This document shows, one piece after another, positions 49,006 through 61,321 of a DNA stretch of 64,000 nucleotides; position 1 is the stretch's first letter; every line of letters starts with the position of its first letter. This DNA is from Takakia lepidozioides. Lineage: Eukaryota > Plantae > Bryophyta. The translations under genes were made by a program, and so were the position numbers. Under the pieces are notes generated by a model that saw only the letters and a program-made list of their open reading frames with translations, did no database searches and had not been told where the DNA came from. The stretch is from contig CM060731.1 of the NCBI GenBank assembly GCA_030704615.1, positions 10,912,001-10,976,000 on the forward strand, given 5' to 3'.

Positions 49006-49335
49006 TTATGCACAGGCTTTAAACACACTTTGATGAACCTGTAAGACTTTATTTACAACATGTACAATGGGTGAACGTGCATATGATGTGAAGCGGTGTA
49101 ATGAGCCAAATATTTCGACTGCCAGTTGAAGAAATGTATCAGTGGGGTGATGATCGCTGTAGTCGCGCTCCTTGGTCTGGGTTGCTACAGTGGTTGCCGT
49201 GCTTGGTGTGGTAGCTACGCGAGATAGTAGATCCGCTAAAATGGGGTCGGCGGGAACGACATCTGCTAACATACGCAAACCATCTCTAGATAGGACGATG
49301 TCAGTACGGCTGCGTGTAGGGTGTAGGGTGGACAC
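49006..49335 (-). mobile_element. Remnant of the restriction-like endonuclease domain of a CRE/R2-type non-LTR retrotransposon
   Basis: RTDIVLSRDGLRMLADVV.ADP....TKERDY...DTFLQLAVEIFGSLH fits the RxD..D..K..Y..F.PLAVExxG pattern. Confidence 0.65.
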
Positions 49336-49608
49336 ACTTTACTTTGTTATGTGCAATCTGCTGACGCATGCTCTTCAAAGAGGTGATGTGGAAATATTGC
49401 ATGATCAGGCCTCGCCAGCAGTGCGTCAAGCTCTTCGTGTATAAGTTGACTAGTGCATCTGCTCTTTGCATGGATACTCTTTCTCGGCTCTCTTAAAGCA
49501 AGGCTAAGCAAGCCTACAGGACACGTTGCCATCGAGAGGCTCCTCTAGTGCATCCGTTCATAGCGAGGTTGACAAAGGGAAGATTCGGTCACAGTACATC
49601 AGTGTACT

Positions 49609-51448
49609 ATGGGTTCAAACAATGATGGTCGGGAACATACAGTTTCGAATTTGAAGGAAGAAAGGATTGACGAGAATGCAAGGGCAAAGCAAACAGTGTT
49701 TGAGCTAGCAACAAGCTGGGCCATTCCTGCAGCCTTGGGATGTGTCTTAAAACTTGATGTGCCAGATATTCTCGCAGCTGCGGGACCCGACGGAGCAGCT
49801 ATGTCTGCGCAAGAAATATTGACGCACATGCCGCAAAGATCCGACCATGCAAGCCCACAAAATCTAGAGCGCCTTCTTCGGATGCTGGCTTGCAAGGGCG
49901 TCTTCACTGAATTTTCTGCAGATGCTGCAGACTGCAAGCCTGGAGCGCCTGATGAGAGACGGCGCTTTGGCTTAACACCCATATCCAGAGCTATGGTTAG
50001 AAAACAATCGGGTGGAACGTTCGGCAATTTCGCTCTGTTTCTTCAAAGGAAGGAGTACGATGGCGCAAAACAATTTCTCAGTGCTGCAGTTTTAAGTTCG
50101 GAGGAGCCCTTCGCCAAAGCACATGGTGGAAAACACCTCTATGAGTATTGTGGAGACAACCCAGCAATTAACAAGTCCTTTCAAGCCACGATGTCAGATG
50201 AAACCAATCGAATCATGGCTGCGCTATTAGACAAATATACTGGGTTTAAGGATGTAGACAGATTGGTGGATGTTGGGGGAGGTCTAGGGACAACTCTGGC
50301 GGGGATTTTGGAGCGATACCCGCACATCCATGGCATCAATTTCGATCTCCCTCATGTCCTGGCTCATGCGCCCCTCATTACTGGTATAGTTACTACACTT
50401 GAAGCAGAATAGAGCAAAGAATAAAGTCTAGAACCAGTGCAAGTTCGTCAGATCTATATCTCTGATTTACTGAGCAGTAAGTGGTGCAAAGGAATGCAAT
50501 GTGGGCACAAATGTGCGTACTGATTCAAGGGGCAACGGTTGATGTCCACTGGTCACTGGAAAGTGTAATGCACAGGCCTGTCCATAGAGTAATTTTTGCA
50601 GATGATGCCCAGTAAGACATTAGGTATTTCTCAGCAGTGTCATTTGTCTTCATGAAAGTTTGTGTGGCCTGAGAGCTTTGGACCTAGAATCTGAAGGAAC
50701 GCACTTGGATTGAAGGAGGCTGCCACCATATAATGGCTTAATGCCTCCAGTCAGCACGATCATTCTCCTAAGTAGGTCTGATCTGGGCATGGCTGCAGGT
50801 GTGGAGCATGTGGCAGGTGATATGTTCAAGAGTGTTCCAAGCGGTTGCGATACAGCGTTTTTTAAAGTACAGTGTTCCGAGTTCCCCCTCCTATTTTCAA
50901 CATTTGGTTAAATCATAATGGCCGACTCTAGTCATCCTGCAAGGAACCGATTTAATCAGTCTGAAGACTTGTATACAGACGTAGGCAGAACCACAAATGT
51001 ACCAAACAGTGGCAGCCAGTAACCCATGATACCAAATTAGTTCTTTGGATTCAAACTGATTGCTCAGTGTACGTGAAGCTCACATTGAAGCTCGCACTAG
51101 GTTCCATTCTGAGATCTAATTTCAAGATTTGTCGATTATGGGCAGATGATTTTACACAACTGGGACGATGCCCACTGCGTGAAGGTGCTCCAGAATTGCT
51201 ACAAGGCTCTTCCGCCAAACGGGAAAGTGATCATGGTGGAATGCTTACTACCAGACAAGATCCCTGCACAGGCGACATCGGACGACCTATGCGCTTTTCA
51301 GTTCGATATGGTCATGATGCTCTTCACTACTGGTGGCCGCCAAAGGAACATAGTCCAGTATAGGCAGCTCGCTTCTGAGGCAGGGTTTAATGCTAAGCTT
51401 CAAGTAACAAAACTGGATTTCTTCGCTGTGATAGAGGCTTTCAAGTGA
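49609..51448 (+). CDS. Class II (COMT-like) SAM-dependent O-methyltransferase; exons 49609-50383, 50799-50866, 51146-51448
   Basis: Dimerisation domain LERLLRMLA, then LVDVGGGLG, GINFDLPHV, GVEHVAGDMFKSVP, ILHNWDD..C.KVLQNCYKALP.NGKVI and GGRQR. Confidence 0.95.
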
Positions 51449-54400
51449 GATTGGATTTGCGAGCACCGAAGGGCTGCTGCTGCTGAAATCACACGGGTTG
51501 GATTGTTGTTTATCCCACTTGCCAGCAGCACACGTTGTAGAGAGAAGACTCCCCCCCCAACTAAGAAGAGGAGCCACTTCGCTTCAAGTTTTACTTTCTT
51601 GGCCCTCTAAGGCAGGAATACGCAAAGGGTTTTGATTCTTACCACGGATGAGGTTTCGAATTAGTTCGAGCCGGGTGTAGCTGGAATCTTTCATCCATAC
51701 AGCCCGAAGTAGGACAGTGCATATGTTCAGATCAGACATATGGCACTTCATCAAGTTTCGTACTATTTTTTCAGCCTTGCCCTACTGTTTGTCATCCTTT
51801 ATTTTGGTCACAGGCAATACAAATCCAAAGTTACTTTTCGAACATCATTTTTATTTTTTCTCACAGGCGCGCTCCGCTGCCCCGACTGCTGCCAGTTTCC
51901 AGCTTCCTCGACATAGAAGTGGGATCGGGCTGGAAGTTCTGTATCCAGTGAGTGAGTGAGTGAGTGAGTTGAATGAATGTGTGGTGCGACGGAATGGCAG
52001 GGGGGCAGAAGGATGTATGTGATAGTTGCGGCTGCTTGCGAGTGCTGGCATGTGTTTGGATCACTCCATCCAAAGCAGATTTCTAACGATTGCTCCAGTT
52101 TGTTGTGCCAGTTCACTTGTCTGATTGCTAGGACCTCTAGACTCTTTGTCTTTTGTGCCAGGGCGCCTACAGACAATGAAGACCTGGCTAAATCTTTGCC
52201 ATCAACTGAAAACACCAACTCGGGGAGTAATAGATATCTACAATTTTGCAGGAACTCTTTGCTGGTATATTCATGACTACTATTGTAGTCAGGCCATCCT
52301 CTGCTTACACCTGAAAACAGCTATTCATGACTACTATTGGTGGCAGGAGGCAGTCACCCAGTAACTATTCAGCTGGAAGGGCTCATGGAAGCATTGGAGG
52401 TAGAGCTAGAACCGTTCTCTACATTGGGAACCAATGTATGGACCTCTCAAGTAGCACATGAATTGGGCTTTGCACCTTCTAAATTTGAATTAGAGAACCC
52501 TACTGGGTCTGAGAAAATAAAGGTGGATCAAAGCGAGGGTAGTGGAGTTCAGAGAATCAATTTCAATGCTGAGACATGCGTTCCTGTTCGTCAAAAGAGC
52601 CTGGTTGAATTTGATAAAGAGAAGGGTGCTGCTGTTGTTAGAACAGATCCTGTTGCTGTTGGTGAAAGGCAAGCTCTGAGAATGAGTTGATGGAAAGAGA
52701 AAGATCTCTGGAGTGGGATTTGACCTGTGGCCTTTGCGATATGTTGCGGGTACTGGCCACCATAGGATCAGGAGTATGTTATGCACTGTCGTCTTTCATA
52801 TTGAAGGAGATTGTGACTATTTCCAAGAACGATGTGAGTGACTGGTCCGTGAGGTGCAGCGCCATCGCCACAATCTGTTGAATTATATGCTTTTCTTGCA
52901 AATAATGCCAATTCTCAACTGTGTTCGTCAATGTCTCGGCACCCTGGTATCAGTCCCATTAAGATAACCAGACCCTCCGTTCCCCTCCTTGTAAGCGGTG
53001 ATCGAAACAGAAAAATTCTGGACTACATAGCAGACAAGTAGGGCTAGAAAGTTCCCTCGATGCATACAAACTTCTGAGGCAAGTCTTTGGGTAGATACTA
53101 AAAACTGTCAGGCCAAGTTGAATCCCGTGTACCATTTTAACTCATCAGTGCAAGTTATGCAAAGAATAATGAAGAGACGCCAAAGTCTCTCGCATTTATG
53201 CCCAAGGTGTCAAACTCTTGTCATTTGATGTTGGCTTGCTGGACCTTTCATCGTAGATGTATAATTCTTTGTCAATCTACTCCCAGTATTTGGACTCTTA
53301 TGAACGATGCCTACTACTATCGTGAGCATACCCATGCTAGGACGCTAGACTATGCAGGAATACTCGAAAAACAGAGTAGTGCAAGTGCAAAATGAATCTC
53401 GCTCACAAGAGCAGAAAAACCGATGTCTGTGGTGAGTCTGCCGCCCGTGTGAGGGGGATATCGTCTGTGAACGTCTGTACAGTATCTCTCTCACAATCGT
53501 AATTTTGCCTCAGTGTGAAAACGTCCACTTATTCTTCAGGAGAGGAAGTGTCGCATTACACAGAGGAAGCTTGGATGCGAGGGCTGGTGCAGGATTTTCC
53601 ACAGAAAACAGCCACAGCGTTCACCACAGAAAGCTCCCACGAGCTCCAATGTTCCAGGTTTGCAATATCACAATGGCTGAAAATGACTTCCTCTCATGTT
53701 GGGATACTAGATAATTTCCGGATGGTTTGTTATCCATTATGAAAATTGATAAATGTTGAATAAGATGGATTTAAATATGGCTGACATACCAACCGTGGTG
53801 AATCGCAGTTTCATTGACCCGTATAATCACGATGTAACAATACAACGAATGCAGGAAAAGATATCTACTACTTGAAACAGCTTATGGAGGATAACAAATG
53901 GGTCTGTCCCGTTTTCCTGGCCCTCTCTCTCATTGCTTTGTATATCACACACCCTTGACTTGAATTTACATTGCTTTGTAAGTTTCAGTGTTGGGTCACG
54001 AGTTTCTCTCTTTGGATGCTATCCGTGTTCTAACCTGCCCCAAGCTCTCTCTGGCCCCTCTTCCCCTTCTCTAGTACGTTGTATCTGTGGCTTTGATTGC
54101 CGCAAAGATATGGCAGAAGGAACGTATCCCTTACCTTTGTAAACATACTTTTACCTTAATCTGATCATCCAGACCTTTTCTTCTGAGCTTGATGAGGGTT
54201 ATATGAGTGACGTGAGGGAGAGTTTTATAAAAGGCTGAAGTGAGGGCATGCTTTGGTGGCTGGGTCTTTTGGGTGGTGTAGACTGGAGTGCTTAGAAAGG
54301 AGAGGGAGAGACAAGAAAAGCAGATAGAAATCGAAGAGGATCATATTTGTGCCTCCACACCTTGCACTTGGAATTGTCGACATTATCTATGATGTACAAT

Positions 54401-55404
54401 GGTGGCCAAAGTAGCTGTTATAAATCAGCTTCATGGTAAGGAGTTGCCTATTGTGCCATAGGAAGCAGCCTGTGGGGGCAGAAGGCTTGGGTAGAGGGGG
54501 GGCGTTTCTAGTGCAAGATACAAGATACAAAGAATCATAGGCCCTTATTCTGGGTTATGTGTAGTTTGGAGAAGATAGTTTGAAAATGTCATGCTTGAGG
54601 GAAAATCAACCCAAGCCCACTTTCTTCATTAAGTGTCTAAAACTTATCAGCCGCTCAGCCAGTTGCCAGCCGAATAATCGGACCTCTACCTCCAACCTGT
54701 CCCACATCTTCCAAAACTTTAACAGCCTGCCAGTTCTGTGCAGCTCGGACACCGCCCGCCATGATTCCCTTCCAACTATTAGAAATGTGTTCACTGGAGC
54801 ACCCTGTTACAATGGCAAGTACAAAGCCAAAGTTGTAGTCAAAGGTCCTGTTAGGCTCTTTACTAAAGGGAAGTCTAAGCCAAAGCAACCATCCTCGGAA
54901 GGGAAGAGAAGGGAAGGGTATAATCACCAGACCTTGCTTGCCATAGATAACAACAACACACCCCCCGGTCTTAGATTTTGGGGGATGAAGACCGAAATGA
55001 GGTGAAAGAAGGGGGTGTTGGTGAGGGGAGGGTCGCAAGGAAGCAGCATTGGGGTCGCCACATGATGTAACAGTGTAAGCAGATCAATTCTTTCCTCCGA
55101 AAGTATAGTCCTGATCATGAGATGGATTGATTCAAAGACAGAGAAAAACCATATGACAAGAGTGATATATGCCTAATTTACAGGAGAAATTCAGACTTGA
55201 ACTTGACTTTTTACTGCGAGAGAGTTGACATAGTTTTGAACTGGAGATCTGGAAGCATGGCTCAACCAAAGACAAGTTTGAGAATCTTGTACAGGTTCAT
55301 CGCATGTAATTGGAAACCCATTTCCTACTCAACAGGCACATGAGAAATAAGGTTGTGCTCAAAGATGGTTCTGCATGCTGTCGTCCTTGAGGAGACTGTA
55401 AACC

Positions 55405-56004
55405 CACCATGTCAACGGCCCGAAGACAGTCATTTGTATTCAAAAGCAAAAGCACAACACGTGGGAGCCGGCTCAACAGCTCTGACACCTCCCAGAAGTA
55501 TTGTGACACATAATTCTGCAACCAAATCCCACCTATCTTAAGGCCTAGCATGCAGCTATGATCCAACATCACACTGACTAACACATCTGAAGAATACGCT
55601 GACAATTAAATACCGGCTTTTTTGCCCAAGTCTGCATTGGAGAAGGGCCAAAGCCAAAGGGGACAACAGATGAAGAAACTATGGTATAGACAATTTTCTG
55701 AGCCAGTGCACCGTAACCACATTAAACCCAATGTAGTGAACCCAGGAATTTCAAGATAAAGTCTGGCTTCCTGCACCTCTATCCTTACAGGAGTTCCTGT
55801 ATCTGAAGAAATGACATTTAATAACCAGACTTTGCTTGTTGTAGCCTTCTACAGATAGACCTTTGGATGGTGAGCAGGTGGGAGTGGGGAGCAGAATGAG
55901 GAACATCAGTTGCTTAAGCGAGCATAGGGGTAGAGAATGTACTCATAAGACTTCATTTGCCATAGCCTTGTGGCCATACACACTCAGGCCAGAGGAGTGA
56001 GGGA

Positions 56005-56039
<35 letters not shown>

Positions 56040-56906
56040 TATATGACCACCACCATCCCAGAAAGAGTTGAAGAGGATTAGGGGGCCAATGAAACCTGGA
56101 GCTGATCTCGCTCCTGGGGTGAGTCAGGCACTGAGAGGTGGTCTAGGGACTGGGGCACAATTTTGTTCCAGTTGGACGCATGGTCAAGACTGCTGAAAAC
56201 AGTTCATACAAATCTTTCCCAGCGCCCAATTCAATACTGTACTCCTTTATTCCCTCACAATCTGCAAACACCAGTTGTCTATACCAATATGTCTCCATGG
56301 GAGTTATGCTCTACTTACAGTCAAAGGTAGTGCCTGTGTTCCCAAACTGGGCACAAGGTCTATGGCCACAAGGCTACGGCAAGCTAAGACTTATGAGCAC
56401 ATTCTGTCTCTCTATCTCTCTCTCTGTCTCTCCTCTCTCATGTGGACATCGAATAACCCGCTCAGCATGTACCTTTTTACTTTTTCCATTGATAGGGACA
56501 AAGGCCCTGATATATTGACAAGAAAGAGAGAAAGGGAGTGAGAGAGGGAGACAAAATGTACTCATGAGACTTTTTGCCGTAGCCTTCTAGCCATAGACCC
56601 CCCGCCCAGTTTGGGCAGCAAAACAGGCGCTACCAGGGAGGAGGTGATCTCAAGTGGCAGTACTTTCTTGGCAGCCCCCTCTTTCAAAATCCTCATTGAA
56701 ACACACCTTGCAAGCATGATTGGGTAATTGAAGGCAACCAATCCAGAGTAGACAGAGGCTTACCTAGTCTTGCATTTGGTCGGCTTCATCAAAAACCAAA
56801 ATCTTGACACTGCGGGGAAAAGTCCTCATCCGCCCACAATTTCCTGGGAACAGTTTCTCCCTTGACGGAGTACCTCTCGCTCGCCCTCGGGCGCTGCAGG
56901 AGACAT
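55405..56906 (-). pseudogene. Chimeric pseudogene: DEAD-box helicase (DDX19/LOS4-like) fragments at 56906-56764 followed by ABC1K/ADCK1-like kinase exons (~56278-56096, 55515-~55405)
   Basis: RKLWADED and VKILVFDEADQMQD*, then LVFADCEGIKEYSIELGAG/DLYELFSAVLTMRP/WNKIV..LDHL..DQLQ and NYVSQYFWEVSELLSRLPRVVLLLLNTNDCLRAVD. Frameshifts and a stop are present; splice sites are retained. Confidence 0.7.
55936..56634. mobile_element. Three short LINE-3'-end-related retroposon copies (~55936-55978 minus, ~56326-56439 plus, ~56521-56634 minus)
   Basis: CAAACTGGGC..GGTCTATGGC.A.AAGGCTA(C/T)GGCAA..CT(T/C)ATGAG(T/C)ACATT followed by TC-rich tails (the first copy covers only the 3' part). Confidence 0.8.
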
Positions 56907-58068
56907 CGGCATGGATCCTTTGCAAGCGCTGAGCGTATAGCAAATGGCAACGCGGGCGAGGGAGAAGAGCGAGAGAAGAGCGAGAGCGATGCGAGGGAGC
57001 GAGACTGAATTAAGAAACACTGCAAGCATCCCTCGGTGACAGCCGCCGGACTGTGCAACACGTGCTGCGGTATCACAGGCGTGCCCTCATCTGGATGGTT
57101 CATCCTTATCCATATCGCGACCTTTCATCCACAGCCATGCCGCGACCTCTCATTGCTATGCGTTTTCCATTATCCGTTCGTTACCATCATCCGGTCGGGA
57201 CATAAATGACTTTCCCGGCGGCGCCGGTAATGCGGCGGTGTCGGTAAGCGTGTGGGACGTATGAAAGTGGTGGGCAAACATCATCCATACTCTGTCCATC
57301 CTTGGACCTGTCCTCAACCAAGGTTATCTTTTTCCTTGGCTCTTACTACTGTGAGTGAAAGGCTCGCTCTGTCCTCCAAAAACAAAAAAGGCCCATAAAC
57401 ATGTACATTAGAATCATTTTAGTTAGCGATACAATGGAGTACCTTCTGAATTTGCAGGCTTGTCAAGGAAAATCCGGAGGCAATGAACTGTCTGGGCAGA
57501 GTTGCAAAAGAGTTCCATTCCAGCGTTGAGGAGGAAAACAAAATTGCTCCAATTTGAGCAGCAGTGTGAAACTTCAATATAGATCTTGGCACCTCAACTA
57601 GGTACTCCAAAAAACTAGTATTCTTGAGTTTATGAGAACTGAAGGTTGAAACCCTACCCTAAAAAATTGTTTCTAGACCCATGGATAATGAGAGTCAGAA
57701 CATCTGGAGACTACAAAACATGCACCGGGGCTGATGGGCTGTTGTGATGTAATATCCCCACTTGAATGAGTGGAATCCTGAGAGAAAATAAAACTGGAGT
57801 CATGGGAAGGTATTCTAGGATGGAAGTAACAACTGGAAAGCTAACTGTACAATCGAAAGACTAGAAAGCAAACTAGAATTCACTCTCTCCAGGTATGGCT
57901 GTGTAGCTGAGACCTAAGTGATGTTGCTTCTGGAAAACTAGTACAAGACTGCTTCTTGCAGTTCATGGCAGTCAATCGCAGTCAATCTTCTTGTCTTGCA
58001 GTTCATGGAAGTCAATCTTCTCTTTCTGGCTGTGCATATAAAGGCACTGGGAATGGATGTCCCAAACC

Positions 58069-59280
58069 CTAGGCCTCGATGAAGATCTCTTGTTCGGGTG
58101 TTAGCCCTGTTGATGTTTCCCTGAAATTGGCCACAATCTGTTTCAGGTTTTCAAGCTGGGAAAGTGCGGTGTCTCGCTCCTGAGCCAGCTGAGCAGCAAC
58201 CACCTCAAGTGCATGCTTCTCGTTGTCTGCACTAACCTTTGACTCCATCACCTGTTGCAGCTTTGTTGCCTCGTGGAAGGCAGAGTCTCTCTCCTTGGCC
58301 AGCTCCAAAGCCACCGTCTCAAGCGCATAGTTTTGGTACTTTAGCTGCTCCACCTCTCTCTCCAGCATTTGCTCAATTGCCTTCATTCGATCCGTCATCA
58401 ATTCAACAGCTGACTTCAGAGCTGTCACCTCAGACACAGCAACATTGCGCTCTCCTGCAAGCTGCAGTGCTACAGCCTCCAGCGCCTCCTTCTCTGCCAC
58501 CACCCGTGCATACTCTGTTGTTACCCTCTTCATCTCCACCATTTGATTGACAGCAGCATCCCTTTCCCTTGCCAACCTCTCCATGGCTGCCACAACTCCC
58601 TTGTCCAAGTTCTCAGGCAATACAAGGCTGGTGCGTTGGACCTTGTTTGAGATCCTGCCGTCCACAAGCTGAATGACAGCCTTGACTGGTGAAGCATTGA
58701 GTTGCACCGCAGGCTTCCCTTGAAACAGACGACTGGCAACAAGAACAGAATATGCAACACCAACTGTCTGCATAGCTTCAGGAACCAGAGGAAAAAGCTC
58801 CAAAGAACTTAAAACAGAGCCTGAGACCACGAGTCCCAAAGTTGCCACCCCTCCAAATAAAGAAAGCTTACCAACCCCTTGCTTTCCAAACTGCTTCTTT
58901 GCGGACTGTAGAGCCTTTGTAACAGTGGCCTGCCCAAACTTTTCCCTTGCTGCTTTTAAAGCCTCCTTTGTCTTGGCAGGACTAACTTCTCCAGGACTCG
59001 TCCCTGTGGAATGCACCCCCTCTTCCACATCCTGTTCTCGGAAGTTCTTATCAGGCATTTGCAAAGGCTGCACTGGTAGCTGCAATTCCGAAGATATTGA
59101 TTTCACTCTGTCGTCTACTACCTCAAATTCATTTGTGAATGAGCATGTCACTCGAGCTCTTTGAGAGGGTCCACAACCCACATGAGATGGCACCTGAGCT
59201 TGCAATGATCCAAATCTTCCATCCTGCAGAATGGAAGCCCTCGAGGCAAGAACCCCTTGGCTTAACGCCACTGCCTGCAT
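58069..59280 (-). CDS. Plastid-targeted CURT1/CAAD-domain protein with a long C-terminal coiled coil
   Basis: Transit-peptide-like N-terminus. Two-helix CAAD-like segment GGVATLGLVVSGSVLSSLELFPLVPEAMQTVGVAYSV. Repeats of ALE.VA.(Q/E)LA.ER..A. Confidence 0.7.
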   Translation of the reverse strand: MQAVALSQGVLASRASILQDGRFGSLQAQVPSHVGCGPSQRARVTCSFTNEFEVVDDRVKSISSELQLPVQPLQMPDKNFREQDVEEGVHSTGTSPGEVSPAKTKEALKAAREKFGQATVTKALQSAKKQFGKQGVGKLSLFGGVATLGLVVSGSVLSSLELFPLVPEAMQTVGVAYSVLVASRLFQGKPAVQLNASPVKAVIQLVDGRISNKVQRTSLVLPENLDKGVVAAMERLARERDAAVNQMVEMKRVTTEYARVVAEKEALEAVALQLAGERNVAVSEVTALKSAVELMTDRMKAIEQMLEREVEQLKYQNYALETVALELAKERDSAFHEATKLQQVMESKVSADNEKHALEVVAAQLAQERDTALSQLENLKQIVANFRETSTGLTPEQEIFIEA

Positions 59281-61321
59281 GACTTCTCTTCCTTGAAAAT
59301 TAAAGTCTTTCCAAGGGAATTCTGTCAACCTGCAAGGATGGAATTTGTGGCACGAGTCCCCAATCAAGTAAGTGAACCTCAGAGAACTGGCTCAAATACA
59401 AGTAGTTAACATGGGTTCCGCTCTAAACCAACAAGGCCATGTGTAAGAGATTCTCCACACTACACTGAATACTGCATAGACAACCTATCCTAAGGGATCC
59501 AACAAGTGGTAACAAACCTGGTCTTTAAAGACGTGCATTTGTACGATCTTCAAATGACCGATAAGAGATGCGTGTTTGCCAATGATATGAACAGTCTCTG
59601 GTATTATGACCCGGAAATTTCAACAACAGGAAGATGGACTTAGACCTTCAGCCCCATACTCCACCATTTTTGGTGAGAGTGAGAACACTCTTTCACACCA
59701 AAACATGTTTTCACCCAGAAATTCATGGAGCATGAAAGCCGCACCTCACCCACTGTCACATTTCTGTGGATCAAAATCGAGAGAATTTCAATCTAAGTAG
59801 CGCCATGCCAGTAGTTGGCGAGGATATGCCAGGTCTGGACTGTGATTGTCGCCATACCATTGCACTCATTGGGTATACTCTGTCTTCCGCTCTCACACAC
59901 GCAAGTCTAGGGTTCTTCAACCAAAATCAAAAGAGAAAACAAAAAGCACAACAGAAGGTCAAGCTCGAAACACACCACTCTCCAGACTTGGAATTTCGAG
60001 CGCATGGAGACGGATGCCCGATCCACCGCTCTGCCGCTGTCAGAATGCAGAAGACGAGAGATCCGATGAGGGGAACCAACAGTCCTACCCAAACTACAGA
60101 GGAAATTTGAAACGGACATGGCCCCTCGATACAGCGGGCGGGCCGGTATATCCCAGGGTGTGGCCAACTCAGGAAACCAACCCTCCTCTGACCCACCGCT
60201 TCCTGTCCAGCATAGCAAACCGTCGGATCTTATTCAGCCTCACTTCAGAGCCATCCATTGTATTGGAGCATCCAGTGAAAATGGAATGACATTTAGATTT
60301 AACCCACACATCCCTGTGTACATTTTTGATCCTTAGAATTTCCTCACCATTTGGCATGAGGAATCCAATTCACAGGGGGCCTTCACTTTTGATGATGTGA
60401 ACTACAGAGTCTTTGTTCTTTGGTGAGCCCCTCTAACTTAGTTAAACCCCTCTATCAACCATCATTCACCTCAGCTATGTGTTAATCGAAGCCTGGCTGC
60501 AAGATAGACCCATTCCCAGTCTGATCTTATTGATGGGTTGGTTGGGCCTGCAAGACAGACCCATTTCCACTCTAACCTTACTGATGTGTTGATAGAAGCT
60601 TCCGCGGGCAAGCACTTGATCTTGGGCACTTCCTACCTGGAAACGAACAATTGCAGGAAAATGATGTACATGTGACATGGCTTGCTGGTGGTGTAACCAC
60701 AATTGTAAGGTAGGTAGCCCCTTGAGTGGTTAGGTGGCACCTTTGTGAAGTTACTCTTCCCAGTACACATAGTACTGCTTAACTAGAAACATGCGGCCCA
60801 CGATTTTTGTTGTTGAAGAAAAAATGAAAGACGGGTAAACAGTGTAGTAAGGTGAAGAGGGAGGTCTGTTCAACACAGAGATCCGACATGAATCAGACAC
60901 ACCAATACAAGAGAGTGGGCATAAAAACCTGTAATATAGGAGCCTTGAGCAAGACATTCTGGTGGAAAAGTGTCCCTGAATTGTGGTTGAAGTGATTAGT
61001 ACAGTAGCTTCCACTGCACTTTGGAGTAGGGAGACACAAGCAGCAACTATTTGGTTCATGAAGGCTAGCTCAGCAATTGTGAGTAAGATGAAGGGCTTTC
61101 ACCCAGGGAAAAAGATGTCTTGCAAGCTATCTTGAAAGCTTCAGGAGACATGGTGAACGAGGTGGTTGTGGTGAAGTAGCTCTTTCACTACTGTGTTGTG
61201 GAGAGATGCACACAAATTCACCTCCACATGACTCAATGATAATGCTAATTATTGAACCAGGGACTTCACTTATGCACTTGTCAAAAATCTTCCAACCCAA
61301 AAGAAAGGCAGCAGGGTAAAA

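Noticed and set aside
52090-55150. Short ORFs and a possible LINE remnant between the OMT and the ABC1K fragments
   Set aside because: No diagnostic motif or consistent exon chain could be supported.
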